A stretch of DNA of 64,000 nucleotides from an uncultured Chloroflexia bacterium (GCA_963810095.1 CAWEMM010000006.1:1600001-1664000), one strand, 5' to 3'; shown: positions 33,457 to 46,000, numbered from the stretch's first letter. The notes: generated from the letters alone by a model not told the origin. Made by a program: numbers and translations.

Positions 33457-34773
33457 TCAGGCGAGCGCGACGTGACGGGTGTCAACGAGGCTGCGAGCCT
33501 GCCGCGCAATGTCTCTCCAGTCGTATAGCGAGTGATCTGTGACGATCATGACACAGTCGGCTGCCTGGAGCGCCGCGTCCAGGTCTGGCTGCCCGGTCAG
33601 CGTCCGGTCGTCGTGCGTGATCACGCAGTCGATGTAGGGATCGTGGAAGCGCACATCGGCGCCCTTGTTGCGCAGCAGCTCGATAATGTCGAGGGCCGGC
33701 GACTCGCGCACGTCGTCGATGTCCTTCTTGTACGCCACCCCCAACACGAGCACGACGCTGCCCTTCATCGGCTTGCCGAGTTCGTTGAGCGCGTCCTGCA
33801 CTTTGTCGACCCAGTAACGCGGCATCTCGGTGTTAATCTCGCCGGCCAGTTGAATAAAGCGCGCGTTGTAGTTCAGGGTTTTGAGCTTCCAGGAGAGATA
33901 GTGCGGGTCGAGCGGGATGCAGTGGCCGCCGACACCTGGCCCCGGCGTGAACTTCATGAAGCCGTAGGGCTTGCTGTCGGCCGCATCGATGACTTCCCAC
34001 ACGTCGATGCCGAGCTTGTCGCACATAATGGCGACTTCGTTGACCAGAGCGATGTTGACCGCCCGGAAGGTGTTTTCCAGCAGCTTGACCATCTCTGCCG
34101 CCTGGGTCGACGAGACAGGGACGATCTTGTGGATCGCCGAGCCGTACAGGGCCGCAGCCACTTCGAGGCACGCCGGGGTCACGCCGCCGACCACTTTCGG
34201 GGTGTTCTCCACCATGTAGTCCTGGCGGCCCGGGTCAATCCGCTCGGGCGAAAAGGCGAGGAAGAAGTCGCGGCCCACCTCGAACCGTTCGACGCCGAGC
34301 CGGTCAAGCACGGAGGGCGAGGTCAGCATGGGCAGCAGGAGCTCTTCGGTCGTGCCCGGGTAGGTGGTGGACTCGAGGCTGACCAGCATGCCCGGATGGA
34401 TATGCCGGGCGGTCGATTCGCCCGCGGCAATCAGGTAGCGCACGTCGGGATCGCGGGTCTTGTTCAGCGGCGTAGGCACGCAAATAATCGCCGCGTCGCA
34501 CCCCGCGAGGGCTGCGTAGTCCGTCGTGGTGGTGAACGCGGGCAGGATAGCCGCCAGGCGCTCGGAAGTAATGTCCTGGACATACGATTCGGCCCGCTGC
34601 AAGGCATCGACCTTCCGCGGGTCGACGTCGATGCCGACGACCGGGAAGCCGCGTTCGGCGAACGCGACGGCCAAGGGCAGCCCGACATAACCCAGGCCGA
34701 CGACGGCCACAACGGCCTTGCGTTCCTGGATCTTCTGCAATAGTTGAGAACTGATCAGCGCCTGGTCTTTCAT
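33457..34773 (-). CDS. UDP-N-acetyl-hexosamine 6-dehydrogenase (WbpA/TviB-type nucleotide sugar dehydrogenase)
   Basis: VGLGYVGLPLA, ESTTYPGTT, SPERIDPG, GPGVGGHCIPLDP, AYKKDIDDVRESP. Confidence 0.93.
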   Translation of the reverse strand: MKDQALISSQLLQKIQERKAVVAVVGLGYVGLPLAVAFAERGFPVVGIDVDPRKVDALQRAESYVQDITSERLAAILPAFTTTTDYAALAGCDAAIICVPTPLNKTRDPDVRYLIAAGESTARHIHPGMLVSLESTTYPGTTEELLLPMLTSPSVLDRLGVERFEVGRDFFLAFSPERIDPGRQDYMVENTPKVVGGVTPACLEVAAALYGSAIHKIVPVSSTQAAEMVKLLENTFRAVNIALVNEVAIMCDKLGIDVWEVIDAADSKPYGFMKFTPGPGVGGHCIPLDPHYLSWKLKTLNYNARFIQLAGEINTEMPRYWVDKVQDALNELGKPMKGSVVLVLGVAYKKDIDDVRESPALDIIELLRNKGADVRFHDPYIDCVITHDDRTLTGQPDLDAALQAADCVMIVTDHSLYDWRDIARQARSLVDTRHVALA

Positions 34774-35275
34774 CTGCCTCACTCTGATGGTGGAATAGTG
34801 AGATGGCGATTCAGTGAGATCGTATAGAAGTGTGGTCGGGCGACAGGCGAGGCGTGTGGTGGTGCATCAGCGAGGGCCTGGCCAGCGCACCCTCACCCGT
34901 GTACTGTGGCACGATCGCAGTCCTGCATCGACGCGAGCTGCGCCCATGCTCCGCGGTCCTGCCGCCAGTGCTGCGTACAACTGCCGCTTGTGAAAGCGCC
35001 TGGCCGCGGGATGAAGTCATGCAGGATATGAGGAGCGCTCCGGAGCAAGTGGGCCGGATATACGGCACATGGGCATGGCGTTGTGGCCCGAACGGGCAGC
35101 GCCAGGGTGCTACGACGTTGCGTCTCCTATCTGGTGCAGCGCGGCCCGGACAAAGAAAGGCGGCCTCCGGGCGCGTTTATCCCCGGGTAGGCCGTCTTTG
35201 GATGCATGTAGAACAAGTTGCGAGACAACCGGGTCGCATTCGCTGTGCGTGGGGGTGTGAGAAGGGTGTTGCGGA

Positions 35276-35358
35276 TGCCCCCGGCCCGACTCGAACGGGC
35301 ACGTCCTTATGGACACAGGCCCTCAACCTGCCGTGTATGCCAATTCCACCACGGGGGC
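35276..35358 (-). tRNA. tRNA-Leu(GAG)
   Basis: Minus strand reads gcccccg tggtggaattggcatacac g gcagg TT-GAG-GG cctgt, a long variable arm, gcccg TTCGAGT cgggc, cgggggc a. CCA is not encoded. Confidence 0.95.
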
Positions 35359-35373
35359 ATTCATGTGACTGGG

Positions 35374-35402
35374 ATTATACTCGGACTCCACAGTGTTGTC
35401 AA
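35374..35402 (-). promoter_or_regulatory. Consensus sigma70 promoter of tRNA-Leu
   Basis: TTGACA-N17-TATAAT on the minus strand. Confidence 0.85.
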
Positions 35403-35578
35403 ACAAACTCCTTCTATCCCCAGACCGGCGCATCTTAGCACTCGGAAGGGGCGCTGTCAAATCATAGTGCCATTTCCGCTCCCCATGCGACTTCCGCTCC
35501 ATTCACGAAACGGGCCAGTCTTGCGGTACTGCAGCAGCTACAGTATACTTTGCCGGATACTTCAATGAAGAAGGGCCG

Positions 35579-36427
35579 GTGGTCCAGATGCCCGTCCGCA
35601 TCGTCACTGACTCCAGCGCGAACGTCCCCGAAGAGTACCTGCAGCGCCTCAACATCATCGAGGTGCCGGCAGTCATTAATTTCGGCCAGGACAGCTACCT
35701 CTATCGGGTCGAGATGTCTCTCGAAGAGTTCTACCGCCGGCTGGCTGCGGCCGACCGGCTGCCGACCACCGCGCAGCCGTCGCCGCAGGAATTTCTGAAG
35801 GCGTATCAACGGGCGGCAGACGAGGGCGCGACCGAAGTCGTCGCGGTGATTGTCTCCAGCAAGGCCAGCGGCACCTACAACAGCGCGAGGATGGCATCCG
35901 AGCTCGCGCCGCTGCCCGTACAGGTGTTTGACACCCTGCACGTGTCCATGGCTGCCGGGTGGCAGGCGATCGATGCGGCGGAGCGGGCCGCGGCCGGCTG
36001 GAGCGCAGAGGCGATTTGGTCGCGGCTCGAGCAGATTCGCGCCCGGCTGCAGATGGCGTTTACCCCGCTCAATCTGAAATACCTGATTGCCAGCGGCCGG
36101 GCTCCGCGCCTGCAGGGCATGATTGGCGACCTGCTCAACATCAAACCGATCCTGAGCACGGTCGACGGGGTGCTCGAGCCGGTCTCGCGGGTGCGGACAA
36201 ACCGCAGGGCGCAGGAAGCCATGATCGAGATGATCGCTACTGCCGTCGGTCCCGCGCCCGCCCGGGTGGCTGTCGGTCACTGCAACGTGCCCGACGAAGC
36301 GGCCGCTTTTGCCGAACAGGCCAGGCAACGTTTCAACGTGACGGAGTTTGTCCTGTTCGATCTCGGCATGCTTGCGGCGCTCGGGGGTCCCGGGCTGCTC
36401 GGCCTGGGCGCATATACGGTAGAGTAG
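35579..36427 (+). CDS. DegV family fatty-acid-binding protein (FakB-like)
   Basis: RIVTDSSA, PTTAQPSP, SSKASGTYNSA, LKYLIASGR, LNIKPIL. Confidence 0.93.
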   Translation: MVQMPVRIVTDSSANVPEEYLQRLNIIEVPAVINFGQDSYLYRVEMSLEEFYRRLAAADRLPTTAQPSPQEFLKAYQRAADEGATEVVAVIVSSKASGTYNSARMASELAPLPVQVFDTLHVSMAAGWQAIDAAERAAAGWSAEAIWSRLEQIRARLQMAFTPLNLKYLIASGRAPRLQGMIGDLLNIKPILSTVDGVLEPVSRVRTNRRAQEAMIEMIATAVGPAPARVAVGHCNVPDEAAAFAEQARQRFNVTEFVLFDLGMLAALGGPGLLGLGAYTVE

Positions 36428-36513
36428 GGGCCGTGCGCCGTGCGTTCGAGCACGGCCGCACGCCTGGCTCTGCCGTGGGCAGCCCCTACCTAGATTTTCG
36501 GGAGGCAGCATAC

Positions 36514-37548
36514 GTGAAAATCGTCGTCGACGCCATGGGCGGCGATCACGCGCCGGCGGTCGTCGTGGCCGGCGCGGTGGCCGAAGCGCGTGCACATGGC
36601 ACGGGCATCATCCTGGTAGGCAAGCAGGATGTGGTGACCGCAGAATTGGCCAAGCACGGCGACGTGTCGGGCCTGCCGATCGAAGTGGTGCATGCGTCGG
36701 AAGTGGTCGAGATGGAGGAGCACACGATGGCCGTGCGGGCCAAGAAGGACTCCTCGATGATGGTCGGCATGCGGCTCGTCAAGGAGGGTCGAGCGGAAGC
36801 GTTCGCCTCGGCGGGCAATTCCGGCGCGGTCATGGCTGCAGCGCTGTTTGGCCTCGGTCGGGTGCGGGGCGTGGAGCGGCCCGCGCTCGGCAGCATCTAT
36901 CCCGCTTCGCCCGAGCCGTGCCTGATCGTGGACATCGGCGCGAACGCCGACTGCAAGCCTGAGTATCTCGTCCAGTTTGCGCACATGGGCAGCGCGTATG
37001 CCCGGCTCATGTTCGGCCTCAAACAGCCGAAGGTGGGCATCGTCTCGAACGGCGAGGAGGAAGACAAGGGGAGCACGCTCGTCCGCGAGACCTATCCCCT
37101 GCTCAAAGCCAGCGGGCTCAACTTCGTGGGCAACGTGGAGGGCAAGGACATCGGCAAGGGCATGGCCAACGTGGTCGTGACCGATGGCCTGACCGGCAAC
37201 GTGATCGTCAAGTTGAGCGAAGGGCTTTTCTCCTTCATTATGAAGTACGTTCGCCGGCAGTTCACCGGCGGCTTGCGGAATAAGGTGGCAATTGTCCTCA
37301 TGATTCCGGGCCTGGTCCTTGCGCTGCCCGGATTGGCCCTGTTGTGGCCCAGCGTCAGCAGCCTCCGCAAGCGGATTGACTGGCGCTCGATCGGCGGTGC
37401 GCCGCTCCTGGGCGTCAACGGCGTGGTGGTGATCGGTCACGGTCGCAGCGACGAAACGGCCATTCGCAGCATGATCCGCATGGCCGAAAAGAGCGCGCAG
37501 CAAAATCTCGTTCAGGTTATCGCAGATGAACTCGCCAATGGGCACTAG
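36514..37548 (+). CDS. plsX: Phosphate acyltransferase PlsX
   Basis: KIVVDAMGGDHAP, SAGNSGA, DIGANADCKPE, SNGEEEDKG, GNVEG, GGAPLLGVNG..GHGRS. Confidence 0.95.
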   Translation: MKIVVDAMGGDHAPAVVVAGAVAEARAHGTGIILVGKQDVVTAELAKHGDVSGLPIEVVHASEVVEMEEHTMAVRAKKDSSMMVGMRLVKEGRAEAFASAGNSGAVMAAALFGLGRVRGVERPALGSIYPASPEPCLIVDIGANADCKPEYLVQFAHMGSAYARLMFGLKQPKVGIVSNGEEEDKGSTLVRETYPLLKASGLNFVGNVEGKDIGKGMANVVVTDGLTGNVIVKLSEGLFSFIMKYVRRQFTGGLRNKVAIVLMIPGLVLALPGLALLWPSVSSLRKRIDWRSIGGAPLLGVNGVVVIGHGRSDETAIRSMIRMAEKSAQQNLVQVIADELANGH

Positions 37549-38791
37549 ATCAAACAGACGGGTTGTCGTAACCGGCATGGGCGCACTGTCGCCCCTCGGC
37601 AACAGCGCGCCGGCGTTCTGGCAAGCGCTTCTGGCTGGCAAGTCGGGCGCGGGGCCCGTCACGCAGTTTGACGCGACCGGCTATCGAACGCGGATCGCCG
37701 CGGAGGTCAAGGACTTCAGGCCGGCAGAGCATATCGACCCAAAGGAAGCGCGGCGGATGGCTCGCTGCTCCCAGTTTGCGATCGTCGCCGCACGGGAGGC
37801 GGTCGCAGATGCGGGCCTGGACTTCGGCGCCGAAGACCGGGAGCGGGTGGGCGTTGCCGTCGGCACGGGTATCGGCGGGGTCGAGATTCTGATTGACCCG
37901 ATCGCGCGTTTCGGCCGCGAAGGCACCGTGCGGGTCACCCCGTACCAGGCGCTGGAAAACCTGAGCAACATGCCCGGTTTTCACGTGAGCTTCGACTTGG
38001 GCTGCCTGGGGCCACTGACGACGCTCGTCACGGCATGTGCTGCGGGAACGCAGGCGCTGGGCGAAGGGCTGCAGTGGATTCGCCGCGGCGCGTGCGACAT
38101 CGTGGTGGCGGGTGGCACCGAGGCCCAGATCACGCCGTTGTTCTTCGCCGGGTTCGGGGCGCTCACGGTGCTGTCGACCCGCAACGACGATCCCGAGGGC
38201 GCGAACCGGCCCTTCGACGCGGACCGCGATGGTTTCGTCATCGGCGAGGGCGCGGGGATGATGGTGCTCGAGTCGCTGGAGCATGCGCAAGCCCGCGGGG
38301 CGCGCATTTATGCCGAGGTGCTGGGCGAAGCGCAGTCTGCGGATGCCTGGCACATCGCGCAACCGCAGCCGACGGGCGAAGGGCCGGCGCGCTGCATGCG
38401 ATGGGCGCTGGCAGACGCGGGCGTCACGCCGGCCGACGTGCAGTACATCAACGCGCACGGCAGCGGCACGCTGCAGAACGATCCCGCAGAGACCGCCGCG
38501 ATCAAGCTGGCCTTCGGCCAGGACGCATACCGGGTGCCCATCAGCAGCACGAAGAGCATGATCGGTCACTGCATCGGTGCGGGGGGCGCGCTCGAGGCCA
38601 TTGCGACGGCGATGACGGTGTACACCGACACCATCCATCCGACCATTAACCTGGCGCGGCCCGATCCCGCGTGCGACCTGGATTACGTGCCGAACGCGGC
38701 GCGGCGCTGCACGGTCAATGTCGCGCTCAACAACTCCTTCGGCCTGGGCGGGTATAACGCCTGCCTTGTGTTGGGGAAATATTCTGCTTAG
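37538..38791 (+). CDS. fabF: 3-oxoacyl-ACP synthase II
   Basis: RVVVTGMG, TACAAG, RPFDADRDGFVIGEG, YINAHGSGT, KSMIGH, NSFGLGG. Confidence 0.95.
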   Translation: MGTRSNRRVVVTGMGALSPLGNSAPAFWQALLAGKSGAGPVTQFDATGYRTRIAAEVKDFRPAEHIDPKEARRMARCSQFAIVAAREAVADAGLDFGAEDRERVGVAVGTGIGGVEILIDPIARFGREGTVRVTPYQALENLSNMPGFHVSFDLGCLGPLTTLVTACAAGTQALGEGLQWIRRGACDIVVAGGTEAQITPLFFAGFGALTVLSTRNDDPEGANRPFDADRDGFVIGEGAGMMVLESLEHAQARGARIYAEVLGEAQSADAWHIAQPQPTGEGPARCMRWALADAGVTPADVQYINAHGSGTLQNDPAETAAIKLAFGQDAYRVPISSTKSMIGHCIGAGGALEAIATAMTVYTDTIHPTINLARPDPACDLDYVPNAARRCTVNVALNNSFGLGGYNACLVLGKYSA

Positions 38792-38850
38792 AGGCCGCTT
38801 GCTCGCGAGCGAGTTGCTCCGGTATCCTGTTCAGAGGTGTTTGCTTAAGT

Positions 38851-39553
38851 ATGCCGCGTTACTACCAACTCAAAACTCATCAAGCGACGGGCGAAGTTCG
38901 GCACCTACGCCAGCCTGGGCGGTATCGGCGTGCTTGCGCTCGGCATGGTCGCCTCCTTCCAGCCGAAATTCGTGTGGCTTTCGCTGGTCGCGCTGATCCT
39001 CGGCTTCCTGCTGGCCCAATACGGCAACTTCAACCTGCGCCGCTACGGCCGGTCGCCGCGCCCGGATCAGATCCTGGAAGAGGGCATGAAGGGGTTTGAC
39101 GACCGGTATCACCTGTATGCCTGGTCGCTGCCGTCGCCGTTTGTCCTTCTGACGCCGCAGGGGCTCTACGCGTTTACCACCCGCGACCAGACGGGCAAGG
39201 TGAGCGTCAACGGCTCGCAGTGGAAAAGCGCGTTCAGCATTACGCGCGTGCTGATGATGTTCAGCCAGGAAGGCATGGGCAACCCCTCGCAGGAAGCGCA
39301 AACAAACGCCACCAAGCTGACGCAGTGGATTCGCACGAATCTACCGGATTCCACCGTGACTGCGCAGCCCGCGATTGTGTTTCTCGACCCACGCGTGCAG
39401 CTAGAGGTCACCGACCCGGTTATCCCGGTGCTGGATGCCAAGGGCATCAAGAAGTGGTTGCGCGGGGGCGGCCGGACAGATAATCTCAAGACGGCAGAGT
39501 ATCGGGCGCTCGAAACCCTGCTCGACGAGGCCGCAGCAAAAGCCGCGGCGTGA
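38851..39553 (+). CDS. 2TM + NERD-like domain hypothetical protein (5' frameshift)
   Basis: After the ATG the frame shifts to ITNSKLIKRRAKFGTYASLGG, then two TM helices and KGFDDRYHLY..VLLTPQGLY..GNPSQEA..PAIVF. Confidence 0.6.
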
Positions 39554-39628
39554 CCGGTACCTGAGGTAGGTGGCGGGCCGGCACGGCTCACCACCTACCG
39601 TGCTCCTTCCTGATACATGCGAGGTCGC

Positions 39629-42600
39629 ATGTCCGTTACCCTCTACCTGGCCCCGACCACACATGCGGCTCGGGCCCACATCGTCGAGCGCGTCCGGCTG
39701 GTGCGCCAGCAGCGCCCCCTTGCTCCGCTGACCTTCCTGCTCCCTTCCGGCGACGCGATCCGACAGATGCGCACGTCCTTGGGCGACGTGATGGGCGTGC
39801 GGTTCCTCCAGTTCTACAACCTGAGCTCGGCCGTTCTATCTGAGGCCGGCAAAGCCACGCACGAGATGTCTGATCTTGCGACACGGCGGCTGGTGCGCGG
39901 ACTGCTGGGCGAGATGCACCGGCGGGGCGAGCTCACGTCTTTCTCCCGAATGCTCGACAAGCCCGGCTTCATCGAGGTGCTGGTCGAGTGGCTGCGGGAG
40001 ATGAAGACGCAGGCCATTCCGCCCGAAGATGTGGCCGGCCATGCCGCGGGCGACCGGGAAGGCGCGCGACCGGCAGCTGGCTGTGCTCTATACGCGTTAC
40101 CAGGCGGCGCTGAGGCAGGCGGACTGTGCGGATGGCGATGGGCTGCTGTGGCTGGCGGCGGATGCGTTGGCGGCGAACAGAGGCCTGCTGGCGGGCATGG
40201 GCGAGTGGGTGCTCGCCGGCTTTGACCAGTTCAGCCCCGTTCAGCTGCGCACGGTGGTATCCCTCGCAGACCGGGCGCCGCTGAGCCTGTACTTGCTGTG
40301 GGACGAAAACCGGCCTCCCGACAGCCTCGCGCTCGGGCGCCTGGCGCCGACGCGAGCGGCCCTGCGGCAGGCGCTTGCCCCCGTCGAGGTGTCCATTCCG
40401 GCGTGTGACGAGTGTGCCCCCGCGCTGGCCCACGTCCGAAGGACGCTTTTTGCGTCCCCGGCCGAGCGCGACATCGACGCGGGCAGCGCAATTGACGCCG
40501 AGCGGGCGATCGCCGCGGCGGCCCTGCCCTCGGCCGAGGCCGAGGTGCGTTTCGCACTGCGGCGCATCAAGCAGCTGTTGCTCGAAGGCGTGCGCGCAGA
40601 GCAGATCGCCTTGCTCGCGCCCCACCCGGCGACGTACCGGGCGATTGTCGGGACCGTGAGCCGCGAGTATGGCGTGCCGGTCGGGTATGAAACGACGCTC
40701 GGGGAAAACCCGTGCGTCGCCGCGCTCCTGAATCTGCTCGCCCTGCCGCCGGCGTTTCCCTGGCGGCAGACGTTCGACGCGGCTGCGGTCTCCGTATGTG
40801 AAGCAGTCCTGGCTGGGTGCCGGACAAATCGCGCTCCTCGACGCGCTCACCAGAGAGCGCCCTGTCATCGCCGGGCAGGAACAGTGGTGGTATGCGCTGG
40901 GCCGGGAAGCGGAAGCCGAAGCGTTTCTTGAAGACGCGGAGGACGACGACCGGGGCAAGCCGCCGCTGCTCGACCGGCTCGAGCCCGACGTGATCGGGGG
41001 CATCCGCACCGGCCTGGCCGCGTTCTTTGCCCATCTCACGCCGCCGCCGCGGGCCACCCATGGGGCGTATGTGGCCTGGCTCCAGGAGGCGCTGCTGGGA
41101 TTGGGGGGCGAGGCGGAGGCGGAGGACGCAGACGAGGCGCCCCTTCCCGCCAGCCTGCGCCTGGCAGAAGCGGCGCGGGAAGGCGAATGGGCCGAGCGCG
41201 ATGTGCTTGCGCTGCGCGCCCTGCTGCAGGCGCTGCGGGCCTGGCTGGACGCGGTCGCACTGACCCGTGATCTTGGGTTCGACGGGCTGGAAGACCAGGG
41301 CCGCGGCGGGGTCTTCGCCCGGCGGTGCGGTTCCCGCGCCTGCGGGGATCGCGTGGGACGCATTTGTGTCCGACCTGTTGGAGTGGCTGCCGGCCGTGCC
41401 GGCACCGGCCGATCGCAAGCGGGGGACCGTTCGCTTTGGCCCGCTCGAGGCCGGCCGGGCGGTGACCGTCGATCACATGGTCGTCATGGGACTGGGCGAA
41501 GGCGAGTTCCCAAGGCCGCCGCAGCGAGACCCGCTCTATACCCCGGCGGAGCGCGGCGGCTCACCCGCTCCCGCTCGTGCTGCTGGGCAGCGCGGAGGAT
41601 GCGAGCCTCTGGTGGCAGGTGCTCAGTAACTGCCGGTGCTCCCTCACGCTGCTCCGCCCGCGCTACGACGCAAACGGCGCAGAATGGCAGCCGTCGGCCT
41701 ATTGGAGCGCCGTGGTCGACCTGGTCGAGGGATTGGAAGGCCGGATCGAGCGCCCGGCGCTGTCTGCACGGCCCGGCGTGTCAGAGGCGGCATCACAGGG
41801 CGAGTTGCTCGAGGCATTGGCGTTGGGACGGGCCGCCAGTGTCCCCGCCGAGCTGAGCGGGCGTGGAAGGCGGTCCAGGCCGCCGCAGCCGTCGGCGAAC
41901 TGCGCCGCCCGACGGGAGTCCTCACCGCGCACGAGGGCATGATCCAGGACGAGGTCCTGCGGTCAGACCTGCGACGCCGCTACGGGCCGGGCCGGGTGTG
42001 GAGCGTGTCGCGGCTGAACCGGTACGGCCAGTGCCCGTTCGCGTTCTGGGGCAAGGAGGTCCTGGGGCTCGAAGCGCTGGCCGACCCCGCCGAAGGGTTC
42101 GACGCGATGCAGCGCGGCACGCTTGTGCACAAGGTGCTCGAGCGGCTTTTCGTGCGGTTGTGCGAAGAGGCCATTGCGCCCGGGCCGGCCACGTTGGAGC
42201 AGGCCGCGGCCCTCCTTGACGAGGTGTGCGATCGGGTGTTGCCCGGGGCTGCGCAGCGCTACGGCTTTCGTCCGGGGCCGTTCTGGGAGCACGAGCAGGC
42301 CGAGCTGCGGGCCGAGCTGCACGCGTACCTGGCGTGGGAGTGCGACCCGAAGCAGGCGCGGGGATTTCGCCCCTTTGCGCAGGAACTGAAGTTCGGCCTC
42401 GGGAAGGGTGGCGTCGCGAGCCGGGTGACGCTGCCGGGATTGGAGGCCGAAAGCATCCTGCTGCGAGGCGTCGTGGACCGCGTCGACTCGGACGGCGCAG
42501 GTCACCTGCGGGTAATCGACTACAAGACCGGCAGCACCCTCTACAAGGACGAAGATATTCAAGCGGGGCGCGCTCTCCAAAGTGCCCTCTATGCCTGGGC

Positions 42601-43048
42601 CGTCGAAGCGTTGATGCCCGGCTCCGTCGTCGTGGACTCCTGTTATCGTCATACGGGCGCGCGGAAGGAGAGCGGCGAGATACGCGGCGCGGCGGCCATG
42701 GAGAACGAGGCGGTGTTGGCTGCGGCCGCAAAGGCCGTGCAGATGGCCGGTGCAGTGACACGAGGGTGGTTCGCGGCGAAGCCGAGCCGGGTCAGCGGCG
42801 CGCGCGCCTGTGATGAGACCTGCGACTACCTGGGGCTGTGCCGGGTCACCCGACAGGGTGTGCGCAAGGCGGAGCGGGCCAGGGGGCTGGATGGGGAGCC
42901 GCGGCGTCCTGCGACTCTCACCCTGCAGGCCTCCGCGCAGGACCCGGCGGGGGAGGCAGGCGGGGGCGCGTCGCCGGCCGGCGACGCCGGGGCTCCGACG
43001 CAAGAGGATGACGCGGTGTATGGGAGGGAGGGCCGGCCATGGAGCTGA
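39629..43048 (+). CDS. addB: AddB/RexB-like ATP-dependent nuclease subunit (several frameshifts)
   Basis: Degenerate helicase-like N-terminus (GFDQFSPVQ, VVMGLGEGEFP). C-terminal PD-(D/E)XK nuclease WSVSRLNRYGQCP, LRGVVDRVD..VIDYKTG with an Fe-S Cys set CDETCDYLGLC. Confidence 0.8.
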
Positions 43049-46000
43049 CCCCACAGCAGGCCAACGCAGTCACGACCGAAGGCCGGGCGCTGATCGTCGA
43101 GGCGGGCGCCGGCACCGGCAAGACCGCCGTCCTCGTCGAGCGCTTCCTGCACCTGCTCCACACGCATCCCGACTGGCCCATCGACAGCATCGTCGCGGTC
43201 ACCTTCACCGAGAAGGCCACACGAGAGATGCGCAGCCGCATTCGCCTGGGCGTCGAAAAGCTGGCTGCGACCGGGGGGCCCGGCTCTCCCTGGCAGGTGC
43301 GCCGCCGTGAGCTGGATCGCCTCCAGGTAAGCACGATTCACGGGCTGTGTGCGCGCATCCTGCGCGAGAACCCCATCGCGGCCCAAATCGACCCGCGTTT
43401 CACGGTGCTCGCGGAACAGGACATGGGCCTGCTGCGCGAGGAGGCTGTCCGGCTCGCATTCGCCGACCTGGCTGCGGGCGTCCGCCCGCCGGGTGCGGAG
43501 GAACATGATCCCTTCGACCTGCTGGCCGACTTCGAGACGCAGGACTTGCACGAGCAGATGCTGCGCCTGCTGGGTCAGCGGGGCACGGTGGACCGCCTGT
43601 TTACGCAACTGCCGGATGCGGATGCGCTGCTGGCAACCTGGCGCGAGCAGGTGGCGGCGATGCAGGCCGCGATCTGGGACGAATATCTTGACCTGCACGA
43701 AGAGACGCGCGACGCTTTCCAGCAGTTGCTCGCAGTCGAGATCAGGCAACCCGACGACAAGCTGGTCGTACATGTGCAAGCCGCGCAGGAAGGATGCCGG
43801 TGTGCCGCGCGCTGGCGCACTGGCCGAAGCCGCCGCCTGTTTTGCGCGGGTAAAGCGGGGGAACTACGGCGCTGCGGCCGCATGGGGCGGGAAAGAGCAC
43901 CGGGAGGAAGTGCGTGACTGCTTGCGCCGGGTGCAGGAATTGTCCGACTTTCTCCTGAAAGCGGGCTGTTATCAACCGTTTGGCGCAGCCGACGAACGCG
44001 CCGGCGGAAGCGCTGCAGCGCTGGCGCGTCCTGTGGGACCATGTCGCGGGCGTGTACGATCGCCTCAAGAACGAGTTGCGGGCGCTTGACTTCGACGATC
44101 TCGAGCGGCTGGCGGGGCAGCTCGTGGCGGCCGAACCGCGCGACGAGCGGGTTCAGGCGGCCGTCGACGGCATTAATCACCTGATGGTGGACGAGTTCCA
44201 GGATGTGAACGAGGCGCAGGGCGAAATCCTCACCGCGCTGGCCGAGCTGGGCGCAGCGGGCAAGTTCTTCGGGGTGGGCGACGCCAAGCAGAGCATCTAC
44301 CGCTTTCGTCAGGCGCAGGTTAAGGTGTTCAACCGGGTGGCGCGGGACACCGAGGCACTGACCGGGTGTCCGCCGCTGCCGCTCAACTGTTCGTTCCGCA
44401 CCCAGGCAGGGCTGCTGGCCGCGCTCAACGAGGCGTTCGAAGAGGTGCTGCAGCCTGCCGGCGCAGACTACGCCGACTACGAGGCCCGACCCGGCGCGCT
44501 CGGAGCCCCAACGGGCGGCACTCGCCCCCTGTGCCCTCGCGCCCGCCGGCGTCGAGGTGATGGTGCTGCCCCCCGGGCCGGCCGATCAGGCGCGCCGGGC
44601 CGAAGCCGCGCTGATCGCCCGGCGCCTGCACGGGCTGGTGGCAGGCGGGCTGGAAGTGTGGGACCGTGCCGCCTCGGCCTTGCGCCCGGCCAGGTACGGC
44701 GACATGGCGATCCTTTTCCGGGCAACCACGTCGCTGCCGATCTACGAAGAGGTCTTCAAGCGCGAAGGGCTGCCGTACGTCACGGTGAGCGGGCGCGGGT
44801 ATTACGACCGGCCCGAAGTGCGTGACCTGACCGCACTGCTTGCCTGCCTGCACAACCCGGCCGACGATCTCAGCTTTGCCACCGTCCTGCGCTCGCCCAT
44901 GTTTAGCTTAAGCGACGAGACGCTCTACCGGCTGCGCTGGACCGCGGCGGGTGGCGGGTTTGCCGACGCGCCCATCCCTTACGCACAGGCGCTCGAGGCG
45001 GCCCTGGTTGCGCCGCCCGTGGGCACGGCGCCCGAACCGGTCGCCGCGGCGGCCGAGACATTTGCCACGCTGTTCGCGGCGGCGGGCCGGGTGGACGTGT
45101 GGGCGCTCCTGCGCACCGCACTCGACCGAACGGGGTACGAGGCGTCACTCGGGCTGGCAGACGCGGAAGCGTCGGTCCGAACTGCTACGGGCGTGGGGCG
45201 GGGACGGGCCAACGTCGCCAAGTTTCTGCAGCTCGCGCGCGATCGGGGTGGCGCCGACCTATCGGCGTTCCTGCAGTCGGTGCAGGATCTGCGCGCCCGG
45301 GAAGTGCGCGAGGGGGAGGCGCTGCCTGACGCGCCGGATGCAGGCGCGGTTCAGCTGATGTCGGTGCATGCGGCGAAGGGACTCGAGTTCCCCGTCGTCG
45401 TGCTGGCCGACCTGGGCCGCTCGATGCGCACCGGGGGACAGCCGCCCCGCATCCTGCACGACCCGTTGTACGGGCTGGTGTGTGAAGTGCGCGAACGGAA
45501 CGGCGACTGGACCAAGCCGGTGAGTTACCGCTGGGCCGAGTGGCTGGACGGCCGGATGGAACAGGCCGAGAGCAGCCGGCTGCTCTACGTCGCATGCACG
45601 CGTGCCGCCGACCTGTTGATCCTCTCGGGCCAGGCGAAGAAAGACAGCTGGCTCCAAACGTTGGCAAACGCCTGGGGCCTCGAACTGGCCGAGGAGAGCG
45701 CAGAACCGAGGGCGACCGAGCGTGAGGAGTTGGTGGAGCGGCCGGATTACAGCGTGCGGCTGGTGTGGCCCATGCCGCTCGACGAGGAGGCCGCGAGGCC
45801 CATCGGGCCCGCCACGCGTGATGTGGGGCCGGCCCCCGGCCTGAGCACCGCGCCGCCCCTCTCGCAGCCGCTGCCCGAACTGGCGGCGGGCTGGCCGGTC
45901 GCGGTCACCCACCTGGCGGACGCGGGCTGGGAGGAAGACGAGTTGCCGCCGCTGCGGCCGGTCGTCCAGGTTGACGCGCTGGGTGCGCGGGGCCGGCGGC

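Noticed and set aside
34783-35358. tRNA-Leu 3' end as an integration site for the glycan cluster
   Set aside because: I saw no integrase and no duplicated tRNA 3' end; the spacer ORFs look non-coding.
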